Below are positions 50,130 to 59,504 of a stretch of DNA of 64,000 nucleotides, one piece after another. The first letter of the stretch is position 1, and each line of letters opens with the position of its first letter. Source of the stretch: Chitinophagaceae bacterium (GTDB lineage Bacteria; Bacteroidota; Bacteroidia; Chitinophagales; Chitinophagaceae); contig JANPNY010000721.1 of NCBI GenBank assembly GCA_031427745.1, positions 618 through 64,617 of the forward strand. Direction: 5' to 3'. Below the pieces are notes generated by a model, which made no database searches, was not told where the DNA came from, and saw nothing but the letters and a program-made list of their open reading frames with translations. Position numbers and translations under genes: made by a program.

Positions 50130-51140
50130 TTATTTTGAATTATTTCTGATGATTGAAATGGCTTTATCTGTATTGGCGGCACTAGCAAAATTATTAATAT
50201 TGTTAGGCACTTCTCCTTTTGCTGCTTTTACAAAATAATCTAGTTGAGCAGAATATTCTTCTCCTCTTAAATAAAAGTCAACACTATCCTGCAACTCAGT
50301 TATGTATTTTACATTCCATCCTTTTGAATACCCGGCAAGTGCATTTTCTTCTTTGAAGAAAACTTTTAATTCGTTGGCATCGGATACAAGCTTCCCCTGC
50401 GTTCCTACCAATGTAACAGAGGTCGACATTTTACGGTAGGTATCATCGCTCCAGTTTACGGATAGCAAACCGGTTTGTCCTGATTGCATTTCGAGTAAGG
50501 AATACACTGCATCTTCTACTTTTCCTGAATAAATGGATTTAAGCAATGTGCCTTTTGCTGCCTGTACAGGAGAAATAATATCATTTAAAAGATCAATTAC
50601 ATGCGATGCATAATCCAATAAACACCCACCACCTTCAGCAGGGTCAGACCGCCAGGTTTCTGCTTTCTTTTTTAATACAACCGGCCCATAAGACTCTCCA
50701 ATAAAATGATAAATATCGCCCAGCACTCCACTAGCTGCAATTCGTTTTACTTCCTTAAAAGTACCAATGAATTTATTGTGATAGCCTACCTGGTTTACCA
50801 ATTTGTTTTTAGCTGCCAGCGCAACCAACTCTTCACTTTGATCGTAACTAAGGCAGAAGGGTTTTTCTGCGAAAACATGAATATTTTTTTCTAACAAATC
50901 CTTTATGATACTGTAATGAAATTTAGTTGGAACTGCTACAACTACTGCATCCGGTTTGGTTTCTGCAATCATTTTACTGTAGTCTGCAAAGCAGTTGAAC
51001 TTTCCTTGTTTGGATAAAAAATCTGTGACCATTTTAGAGGTGTCGCAAACACCTACAATATCTGCATCTGCATACCCACCCAATATAGATAAATGGGATA
51101 TCCCCATTTTTCCAGCCCCTATCAAAGCAATTTTAAGCAT
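50130..51140 (-). CDS. Gfo/Idh/MocA family NAD(P)-dependent oxidoreductase
   Basis: IALIGAGKMG, AVPTKFH, HVFAEKPF, GGGCLLDYASHVID. Confidence 0.93.
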   Translation of the reverse strand: MLKIALIGAGKMGISHLSILGGYADADIVGVCDTSKMVTDFLSKQGKFNCFADYSKMIAETKPDAVVVAVPTKFHYSIIKDLLEKNIHVFAEKPFCLSYDQSEELVALAAKNKLVNQVGYHNKFIGTFKEVKRIAASGVLGDIYHFIGESYGPVVLKKKAETWRSDPAEGGGCLLDYASHVIDLLNDIISPVQAAKGTLLKSIYSGKVEDAVYSLLEMQSGQTGLLSVNWSDDTYRKMSTSVTLVGTQGKLVSDANELKVFFKEENALAGYSKGWNVKYITELQDSVDFYLRGEEYSAQLDYFVKAAKGEVPNNINNFASAANTDKAISIIRNNSK

Positions 51141-51152
51141 ATCTTCTTTTAA

Positions 51153-52268
51153 TTATTTTTTTAATAAACTAATATATTGATCAGTTATTGTATCCCAATT
51201 AAACCTTTCCTTTATATCCATAGCTCCTGCCGCCGCTTTCTCTTTTATTTCAACGCTATTTTCAATTGCATATTGAAGTTGACTTTCAAGATTTGCTTTA
51301 TCACCTGAAATAAAGGTAGTGGCGTTTTCGCCACAAATAAATTTATTCTCGATAATATCGGAGCAAATTAAGGGAACCCCTAATCCCATTACAGTAAGTA
51401 TTACGGGCGACAAACCTTCTATTAAAGAGGGCTGTACATACGCATAAGCATTTTTCATCAATACGTTAGTATCATCGCCATAAACATACCCCGGAAAAAC
51501 GATACGCTTATCTTTTGAATTTTTTATTATAGCCTCGTATTCGTTTGGGTTGGGTGACCCTCCAATTAACACTAATTTTTTATCAGTGTGTAACGCTTCA
51601 AAAGCAGGTACTAACAAATGGAGGCCCTTATCGGGGATAAAACGCCCTACAAATAGAAAATATTCCCCGGTTTTAATCCCCAACTTATCTAATGTATCAG
51701 TGTTGTTGGGCGGTGTCTTTACTTCAGAACCATAAGGAATGAAATCATATTTCCTGTTAAATTTTTTTTCGAAATATTCTTTTGTAAATACATTATCGAA
51801 AGCAACTGCATTGGGACAATAAGCCGTTAGGTAATTGGAAAACATATAAAACAGTTTGCCATACCATGGCCATTTATCTCTTTTCCAATCCATGGCAAAC
51901 TGACTTATTACAACACGCTTTCCAGCTAATCTTAAAAGCATTGCCCATATGCTGTTTGCGCCACTATGCAGGTGAACCACATCCGCTGTATTATGAAAAA
52001 TAACATCGAACGTTGCTTTAGCAGAATGTACGAGTGTATCAAACCCTGCTTTTTGAACAGTTTTGAAATATTTTATTTGTACACCTTCATATTGGGCGTG
52101 CTGCAAATCTGTGTCATTGGGATAAATTCTGCAATACGCCAACAGGGTATGCCCTTTACCAACAATTCGGGGATAAAGTTCAAAAGCAATTTTATCGGAG
52201 CCTGCAGCGCCCGCCTTGGGAGGTATAGAACGAAATCCTCCAAATGCAGCGATTCTTAATTTTTCCAT
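51153..52268 (-). CDS. Glycosyltransferase family 4
   Basis: GFRSIP, DWKRDKW, FLFVGRFIPDKG, QPSLIEGLSPVIL. Confidence 0.9.
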   Translation of the reverse strand: MEKLRIAAFGGFRSIPPKAGAAGSDKIAFELYPRIVGKGHTLLAYCRIYPNDTDLQHAQYEGVQIKYFKTVQKAGFDTLVHSAKATFDVIFHNTADVVHLHSGANSIWAMLLRLAGKRVVISQFAMDWKRDKWPWYGKLFYMFSNYLTAYCPNAVAFDNVFTKEYFEKKFNRKYDFIPYGSEVKTPPNNTDTLDKLGIKTGEYFLFVGRFIPDKGLHLLVPAFEALHTDKKLVLIGGSPNPNEYEAIIKNSKDKRIVFPGYVYGDDTNVLMKNAYAYVQPSLIEGLSPVILTVMGLGVPLICSDIIENKFICGENATTFISGDKANLESQLQYAIENSVEIKEKAAAGAMDIKERFNWDTITDQYISLLKK

Positions 52269-52272
52269 TTAA

Positions 52273-53178
52273 CTAATCCAGGTAACCTTGGTAATACTGA
52301 TCAATATATTGTTTCAAAGCTACCTTCCAATCCTGCATCAAATTGAGGTTTCGTAGCTCAAGTTTACGATTTACCAGTCTTTCGCAGGGAGGCCGTTCTG
52401 CAAAATAGATTTCTTTAAAATAATCTGATTTTACACTGGTAATTTTTACAGTTTCACTCAGTCCCAATTGCACCAGCAATTCTCCTGCCACTTCAAGCCT
52501 GCTTGTTTGCCCGCCACAAACCATATTGTACAATCCCCAATATTCGTTTTGTATCAATGCCTTTACATTCTTTGCAAAGTCGTGTGTAAAAGTTGGTGTA
52601 CCGTCTTTGTCATCAACAATAAACAATTCTTTTTTACCGTCCTTTAACTGCTGCATTAATTTTTGAATAAACTTTTTATCCTTTTTAGGGCCAGCACCCA
52701 TCATCCATCCTGCACGGCAAATTAAAAAACGGGTAGCGTTTTCTGCAACATATCTTTCGCCCATGTATTTAGACCTGGCGTATACGCCTAGCGGGTTCGG
52801 CAAATCCCAGTCATCGTATAATTCTTTAGCACCATCAAATATGCCTGCTGTACTTATATATAAAATTGGGATGTTTAGCTCATTGGCTATATAAACTGCG
52901 TTTTCAACAGACATGGTATTTGTAGCATACGTGTCTTCTGCATTCTCTTCACAATATTCAAGATTGGTATAGGCTCCCAGATGAAATAAATAATCGGGTT
53001 TAAAATTATGCACATCGTTTCTATATGCTGCAAGGTCCCTGAAATCCAAATAGGATAACCACGTTTCGTTAACATCCTTATCGGTGCATTTAATTTCATA
53101 TTCGTCTTTAAACTGGTGATAGAACGCCTCACCCAACATTCCGCCGGAACCTGCGATGTAGATCTTTTTTTTAGTCAT
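52273..53178 (-). CDS. RmlD-like NDP-4-keto-sugar reductase (SDR)
   Basis: IAGSGGMLG, YISTAGIFDG, PNPLGVYARSKYMGE (YxxxK), GTPTFTHD, ERPP; no rmlABC nearby so the substrate is uncertain. Confidence 0.82.
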   Translation of the reverse strand: MTKKKIYIAGSGGMLGEAFYHQFKDEYEIKCTDKDVNETWLSYLDFRDLAAYRNDVHNFKPDYLFHLGAYTNLEYCEENAEDTYATNTMSVENAVYIANELNIPILYISTAGIFDGAKELYDDWDLPNPLGVYARSKYMGERYVAENATRFLICRAGWMMGAGPKKDKKFIQKLMQQLKDGKKELFIVDDKDGTPTFTHDFAKNVKALIQNEYWGLYNMVCGGQTSRLEVAGELLVQLGLSETVKITSVKSDYFKEIYFAERPPCERLVNRKLELRNLNLMQDWKVALKQYIDQYYQGYLD

Positions 53179-53316
53179 TGTTATATATTTTATTGCAATT
53201 AAAATTTGTTAATTGAGGTTAATAAATCAACCTATATTACAATTATTACAGGGGATGTTTTTGCCTGCATCCGATTTGAACAATTTTGTAACTGGTGATA
53301 GCCTTCCAGCTAATTT

Positions 53317-54600
53317 CTATTGAAGCGTTATTGCTTGAGTATCCTTTTTTGATAAACTTGAAAAAACGTTCATCAGTTTATTGTAGTGCATTTCTGCCCC
53401 GTATTCGTCTTGTAATTTTTTAAATCCATTTATTCCATACTGTTTACTTAACTCAGGATTATTTAATAATGAAATAGCTTTTTCCCGGAGGTCTGTCTCA
53501 TTATGCATTTTAAAAAGAAACCCTGTTTTTTTATCAATGATCATTTCCTTTAAACTGCCTAAATCAGTTGCGATTACAGCCTTCTTAAAGGCATAACTTT
53601 CTAAAACCGTGTTAGGGAAATTGTCATACGTTTCTGATGGCACAATTGTAAAGGCGCATGTTTGTAAGTATGGTACTATTTCCTGAAAACTTTTTCTTCC
53701 CAAAAACTCAATGTTGTGCGGTTTATCGGCTAAATACTTCTCCAGTTCCAGTTGATAATCATTATTTGAAAACCCAATTATTTTTAGATTTAAATTCGTA
53801 TTCGCAAAAGCCTTAACCATTGTGAGCAATCCTTTTTCCTGAACTATTCTTCCTATAAATAAAGCAAAAGGCTGATAACTTAGGCTGGATGCATCAGCAA
53901 TTATCTCATGGTTAAAAAAGGTAGGAATATGATTTAATTTTTTATTGTCAATACCATATTCCGACAGTTTTTGCATGGTAAAAGATGACGGAATCACATA
54001 AGCATTTATTTTAGGCCGGATTTTAACAACACTTTCTGCTATTGCTAACGAAGCAGCTTTTATGGCAGAATACATATATGAATCCTGCACACATTTATAT
54101 TTAACTGCATTCCACCTGCTTCCATTGATACATTTTTCGCAAATTTCATTTTCCTTCAGTCTATAAAGCAATGAATTAGCACATATCTGTCCAAAATCTG
54201 AAATTCTAACAACTACAGGTATATTTTCCTCTTTAGCGGCTTCAAAAATGCTTGCAGAAATCTTATTTTGGTAATGCAACACATAAATTAAATCCGGCTT
54301 AACATCTTTAATTAAAACCTTCAACTTCTTTTTTGCTTCTTTGGAGTATAACATTCTACCCAAAGATTTTTTTACCGTATCAAAATTAGTTTTGTTATAC
54401 TCATTAGCGTATACTTCGTCGCCATCACCTATCGCATCTAAAAAATAACTTTCATAAGGCGTTGAAATATTTTTATTATGTTTAACACTAAAAGGTATAA
54501 CTGTATGTCCTTTTTTTTGCAAAAGATCAATTACATTAAACAGATACCTTTCGGGACCGCCAGAGATAAAAAAACGATAGTTAATAATTATTATTGTCAT
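53317..54600 (-). CDS. Glycosyltransferase family 4
   Basis: SGGPERY, LFIGRIVQEKG, VPSETYDNFPNTVLES. Confidence 0.92.
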   Translation of the reverse strand: MTIIIINYRFFISGGPERYLFNVIDLLQKKGHTVIPFSVKHNKNISTPYESYFLDAIGDGDEVYANEYNKTNFDTVKKSLGRMLYSKEAKKKLKVLIKDVKPDLIYVLHYQNKISASIFEAAKEENIPVVVRISDFGQICANSLLYRLKENEICEKCINGSRWNAVKYKCVQDSYMYSAIKAASLAIAESVVKIRPKINAYVIPSSFTMQKLSEYGIDNKKLNHIPTFFNHEIIADASSLSYQPFALFIGRIVQEKGLLTMVKAFANTNLNLKIIGFSNNDYQLELEKYLADKPHNIEFLGRKSFQEIVPYLQTCAFTIVPSETYDNFPNTVLESYAFKKAVIATDLGSLKEMIIDKKTGFLFKMHNETDLREKAISLLNNPELSKQYGINGFKKLQDEYGAEMHYNKLMNVFSSLSKKDTQAITLQ

Positions 54601-54737
54601 TGCATTCTTTTAATTAGTTATTATCTATAACGATAAACAGATAATCAATTGTATAAAGAGGCTGTTGAGGAATATCTCGGTTATCTATTAAAACGACGAT
54701 AAATTTATTTTTAGATGAACTAAATTACCTGATTTGT

Positions 54738-55868
54738 TTAAAGAGGTATTTCCGGAATTGATTTACCAATAAGCTTTTCGTAAAGTTTTATAAATCCGCT
54801 ACACATTGCTTCAATTGAAAAATGTTGTCGAATTTTTTGTTGACCCTGTAATCCCATATCACGGGCTTTTTCCGGATTATTCATTAAATAAATTATTTTC
54901 TCTTCTAATAGTTCCGGTTGTTTGGGCTTTATTAAAAAGCCATTTAAATTATCATCTACAATTTCTTTTGTTCCACCACCTTCTGATGCAATTACAGGTT
55001 TACCCATTGCCATGTATTCAAGAATAGCATTTGAAATGCCTTCGCCGTGAAATTCGCTGTTAGTACAAAGCACTCCAATGTTAAAAATATTAATATACTC
55101 TTCCACAAAGTTGCACATTCCGGTAAATATAATATCCTTCTGAAAATGCTCTCCGCTCTGTTTCCTTCTTTCTTCCTCATAAGCACCATACCCTATTAGC
55201 ACAAAAGCAATTTTACCAGGATATTTTTTTAATAGAGAAAGTGCTGCAGAAATAAAGGTTTTCTGATCTTTTCTTTCTGCAAAAGCTGCCACCATTCCAA
55301 CTACAAATTTGTTTTCGAGGTTATGCTGCTTCTTTAATATGTCAGCTTTTTGTAAGTTGTTACTTCTTTCAAAATTGAAGCCATTATAAATGCAGGTACT
55401 TTTTCTTTTTGGGGCATGGTATCTTTCAAGCCCCGCCTTTGTATTTGAAGTAATAAAATCAATAAAGGGAAATGTATACAAAGCCCTTCTATAATCTTTA
55501 TCCTTTAAACTACGATAAGGAATTACCCTTGCAATCATGCTGGATATTAGTTTTTTACGAGTATACATTTTTAAGAAAAGCCCAATTACATCCGTCATAC
55601 TCGACCAGGAGTGGATGATATCGGGATTAAAGGATTTTGCTATTGCTAAAAGTCTTTTAAAGCTATCAATAGTTTTATTTTCAGCCCATTTTAATGTATG
55701 GATTTTGTATCCGGTTTCGTAAATATCTTCATACTCTATCTTATCATGTATTACAACTATCTCAAATATTATCTCGTAGTGTAGCTTACAATATTTTACA
55801 AGTTCTGCTATTCGCCGCTCCTTACCGCCTCTCGTTAGCTCATCATTTAGTATTAAAACTTTTATCAT
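54738..55868 (-). CDS. Glycosyltransferase family 4
   Basis: GGKERR, VGMVAAFAERKDQ, EGISNAILEYMAMGKPVIAS. Confidence 0.92.
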   Translation of the reverse strand: MIKVLILNDELTRGGKERRIAELVKYCKLHYEIIFEIVVIHDKIEYEDIYETGYKIHTLKWAENKTIDSFKRLLAIAKSFNPDIIHSWSSMTDVIGLFLKMYTRKKLISSMIARVIPYRSLKDKDYRRALYTFPFIDFITSNTKAGLERYHAPKRKSTCIYNGFNFERSNNLQKADILKKQHNLENKFVVGMVAAFAERKDQKTFISAALSLLKKYPGKIAFVLIGYGAYEEERRKQSGEHFQKDIIFTGMCNFVEEYINIFNIGVLCTNSEFHGEGISNAILEYMAMGKPVIASEGGGTKEIVDDNLNGFLIKPKQPELLEEKIIYLMNNPEKARDMGLQGQQKIRQHFSIEAMCSGFIKLYEKLIGKSIPEIPL

Positions 55869-55928
55869 TGTTTTCCGCTAGTTAATATTTTTACCCTGCA
55901 GTTGCCAATACAACCCATTGGTATAATT

Positions 55929-57107
55929 TTATTTGAATAGTTTTTTAAAAAATACTTTTAATCCATTTACATTGGCCTGGTAGTGAAAATTATTTACCCC
56001 TACTTCATAGCCACGGTTTCCAATTTGATCAAGCAAATCCTTATTGGGCAAAATATTTACAAGGCTCTCAATATAAGAATCGATTGTGTATTCGTGTGCC
56101 AATAATGCCGATACGTTATTTTCGAAATAATATTTTAATTCGCCGATATTGGTTGAAATTAATGGTCGTTTTGATGCAGTATATTCACTTATTTTATGCG
56201 GAAATCTTGCTAAATCCTGTAAGGTATTTCGCAAAGGTATCAGCAAAAGGTCTGCAGATTTGTACGATGCAATCAGTTCATTATAGGGTATGCCACTGAG
56301 TAAAATAATATTTTCTTTATAATCGCTCTTACCTATTAGCTCTTTAACTACGTTCAAAGACTGTGGATTATTTGCCCCAATTACAAGTTTTAAATTTCCA
56401 TTGTATAAATTTCCCCCCCGAATTTTCTCATATAGTTCTATAATAAAAATAATAACAGGTAGGTATTCTGAAGTACCACAATATAATAGATATGAATAGG
56501 ACGCTTTTATGGCGTCTATTGCTGCAAATTCTTCAAAATTGCATATGGCGGGAACTTTTATAAGGGGCAATTTGCTATTTCGTTTTGTTATTTCGTTTCT
56601 CAAAAACTCACTAATGACTATAACGCCATCAGTAAAATAATAGCTGAAATTATCGAAGAAGTAATTATTGATTCTTCGCCCTGGTGAGGCCGCTTTAAAA
56701 GATGAGCGATATTCGACGTACTGAAATACCAGCTTAAACCCCATTAATTTCGATACCAATCGATAATAAATGAGTTCACTAAAAGATGAAGTATTGTAAA
56801 GGATTATTGCACCAATTTTTTTTCTTCTTTTAAAAAGTACTTTCAACTCACCAAAAATTCCTGAAATCCGGTTAAGCCTGAATGCAACCCAATACCTTGG
56901 TCGGGTTAGGGAGGTAGAAGTATATACGTAGGGAATGCCTTCGAAGCGATTGGCTCGCTTTAAATTTACATCCGTTCTATAGCTTTCTTTATTAATAATA
57001 AGTGTAGAAAACCCAGCCTCTATAAGCGCCCGATATGTAATTCTTATTCTCTGAACAGCAGCGTTTCCTTCTGGAAAATAAGGACTTCCTACATGAACAA
57101 TGTACAT
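55929..57107 (-). CDS. Glycosyltransferase family 4
   Basis: DGVIVISEFL, LLYCGT, ADLLLIP, RFPHKISEYTASKRPLIST. Confidence 0.88.
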   Translation of the reverse strand: MYIVHVGSPYFPEGNAAVQRIRITYRALIEAGFSTLIINKESYRTDVNLKRANRFEGIPYVYTSTSLTRPRYWVAFRLNRISGIFGELKVLFKRRKKIGAIILYNTSSFSELIYYRLVSKLMGFKLVFQYVEYRSSFKAASPGRRINNYFFDNFSYYFTDGVIVISEFLRNEITKRNSKLPLIKVPAICNFEEFAAIDAIKASYSYLLYCGTSEYLPVIIFIIELYEKIRGGNLYNGNLKLVIGANNPQSLNVVKELIGKSDYKENIILLSGIPYNELIASYKSADLLLIPLRNTLQDLARFPHKISEYTASKRPLISTNIGELKYYFENNVSALLAHEYTIDSYIESLVNILPNKDLLDQIGNRGYEVGVNNFHYQANVNGLKVFFKKLFK

Positions 57108-57353
57108 AATTAAATAATTAAACTACTTAGGGTTAGTAATAAATGCAAACCAACTACTCATCAAGACTGTCTTTTTTATCCATATGTAGCGATTTAATAT
57201 ATAAGTTTTTCGCTACTTTTCATGGCTTCGCCCAAGTGAGTCACATCAAAAACTTATTGGTTTTAAAATAATATTATAGCATAAAAACAAATTAATCGAT
57301 AGCATTTAACAGTTTTTAAAAGCATTTGACGCTTATTTATAACTGTCAGGGTT

Positions 57354-58268
57354 TTATTTGTTTAATTTCTTTTGAATAAATAGCAATGTTTTCTTGATCG
57401 GTTTAAAAGCCATTCTTATGCCATCTATTACTATTACGTCATCCAGGGTATTTATAGTATGTAACCCTTCATTAAACCTGCTTCCTTTTTCAGCTGTAAG
57501 TTCTACATGCGGTTGTTCTATAAATTCAAATTCATTAAGTTTTATTATTTTATTGATAGTGATAGCATGACCATAGTGTTTTTCACAATTTTGTGAAGGC
57601 CGATAAATTTCACCATCTACCACTATGAAATTTCCTGCAGGCCTTGAACTTTTTAAACTAAACTTTACCGGGTTTTTAGGATGTGCAGTGTAAGGGCCAT
57701 GCAGATTATCGGCATAAAAAATATATAATTTACTATGATCGTAGAGATTATCTCCTAAAGTTGCAAATAGCCAATATTTATCATGATACTTAAGAATAGT
57801 TGAATCCAACAAAGGGCAATTGTCAATTAATACTCTTTCTTTTACAAGTGTATTTGTATTAAAATCAAATTCATAGCTGGATAGTTTGTTTCTTTTACGG
57901 CTTTCCGGAATTATAAAAGTAGTTCCGTTTTCCTTAAATATAAAAGGATAAGAAACATGACTTTTTGTATCGAGAATTTTTTGTGTTGCTATAACATTGA
58001 AGTCTTCGCTTAGGGTAAACATTTTAAGTGTACCATACGTTTTAAGATCTTCCATGGAAAATTCTTCATAAATAATATTTAAAAGTCCTTCTCTGGACCT
58101 AAACAAAAATGGGTCGGCTATTGAATTCCGTTTATCAGCAAATGGCATCCACTTAAATGATAAATTACACTTCTTGTCTCGGATAATCTGTTCAATATTT
58201 CCCCTTGAAATGCCAATATTCCATTGCATTACACAAAAAAGCTTATGGTATATCTTTTTAAGATTCAT
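57354..58268 (-). CDS. Beta-propeller protein resembling the N-terminal domain of glucosamine inositolphosphorylceramide transferase (GH43-like fold)
   Basis: IADPFLF, HVSYPFIF, IIPES, LLDSTI, PYTAHPKNPV, SRPAGNF, YRPSQNC...YG, GLHT. Confidence 0.7.
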   Translation of the reverse strand: MNLKKIYHKLFCVMQWNIGISRGNIEQIIRDKKCNLSFKWMPFADKRNSIADPFLFRSREGLLNIIYEEFSMEDLKTYGTLKMFTLSEDFNVIATQKILDTKSHVSYPFIFKENGTTFIIPESRKRNKLSSYEFDFNTNTLVKERVLIDNCPLLDSTILKYHDKYWLFATLGDNLYDHSKLYIFYADNLHGPYTAHPKNPVKFSLKSSRPAGNFIVVDGEIYRPSQNCEKHYGHAITINKIIKLNEFEFIEQPHVELTAEKGSRFNEGLHTINTLDDVIVIDGIRMAFKPIKKTLLFIQKKLNK

Positions 58269-58317
58269 TTAAATAAAATTGTTGCTATGTATACAATTAC
58301 TGGAATAAAAAACTGGG

Positions 58318-59061
58318 CTATAACTTCCCTGATAACCCTAAAACCCTTGATAAAATTTTTAAATACCAGTAACCATAAGAATAATAATTATAACATGGAA
58401 CAAGCTTACCCCCAAAAAGCAGTTTATAATTATTGATGCCCTTTAAACTTTCGTCTTCTGTGTCCTTTGCAAATCCGCCAAAATCAAACAATTTATAACC
58501 CTTTTCTTTAAAATATAAGATGTCTTTTACAGTAAGATATTTATTGGCTCTGCCAATTAAATTTCGGTCAAATTGTTCGTCTAGCCTTTTTGTCGCTGAG
58601 TGAAGGTGTCTTACAATGCCAATTTTGTCGTCGACCAGGTAGCTATGAGCAGCTAAAACCTGATCATTATTTTCAGCAAAACTCAACTTAACGGAATCTC
58701 CCAGTTCAAGGATTTTTTCTTTGCTTGTAGTGAAGGTTTCTTTTTTGATTGCAAAATCATTAAAAAAGTCAGCAAATTTTTCTATTTCCTGGTGAAAATA
58801 ACAGGTAGTGCCTTCGTTTTCAGCTATTTTAACCTGCTGCCGTATCTGTTTAGAAAAACCGGAAAAAATTAGTGCTGTGTCTTGCTCAAGGTCAAGCTCC
58901 AAGGTATGCGAAATGTCCAGTTTACCTATTTTCTTTTTATGCGCTGCATCTTTCACATGCATAAAAACATTTAGTTTAAAAATATTCCAAATGCTATCAT
59001 CATAGTTAAACCAGGTTTCGTTTATATTGAAAATAAATAGCTTCTTTTTATATGTTATCAT
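58318..59061 (-). CDS. FemAB-like GNAT-fold protein, paralog of 5047..5772
   Basis: AHSYLVD, RANKYL...YFKEKGYKLFDFGG, KGINNYKLLFGG; first gene of the minus-strand polysaccharide cluster. Confidence 0.75.
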   Translation of the reverse strand: MITYKKKLFIFNINETWFNYDDSIWNIFKLNVFMHVKDAAHKKKIGKLDISHTLELDLEQDTALIFSGFSKQIRQQVKIAENEGTTCYFHQEIEKFADFFNDFAIKKETFTTSKEKILELGDSVKLSFAENNDQVLAAHSYLVDDKIGIVRHLHSATKRLDEQFDRNLIGRANKYLTVKDILYFKEKGYKLFDFGGFAKDTEDESLKGINNYKLLFGGKLVPCYNYYSYGYWYLKILSRVLGLSGKL

Positions 59062-59504
59062 CTTTGTATTCAGTTAATTTATCTTCAGCCAGTTTCCTTT
59101 AACTCAAACGTTATAAAATAGCTTCTTATTTTATATGTAAAAAAATCAGCAGCATTTTTCATGCTAATAATTTAATATCGCCCTCTATTTTTCTGTGAAA
59201 TTAGTTAAATAGGCATAAAATCAGGAGTTTGAGAATGCCTATTGGTTGTTTAACAGGCCGAAATGGATATGAATATTATTTAAAATTCATATCGAAAACC
59301 AAAATGAACAATTTAAAAAAGGCCAGCATTTTTTGAAAACATCGTTGTGACTAATCCCGAAAAAATACTTTACCGATCAACGTTAATAACCAGCTATTGA
59401 GAATACAGAATGCCTTTGAAAGTTTTATTACAAAATCCGGTTTATTAATGACCTGACAATGACTAATTAATAAATACGATCAGGAGGAAAAAATTTAGTA
59501 AAGT

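Noticed and set aside
57186-57216. GTAGCGA...TCGCTAC inverted repeat between cluster genes
   Set aside because: Only a 7-bp stem with a 17-nt AT loop and no U-tract on the transcribed (minus) strand; too weak to call
4557-59504. The region as a mobile element or integrative island
   Set aside because: No integrase, transposase, tRNA target or flanking direct repeats seen; accessory status is inferred from gene content only
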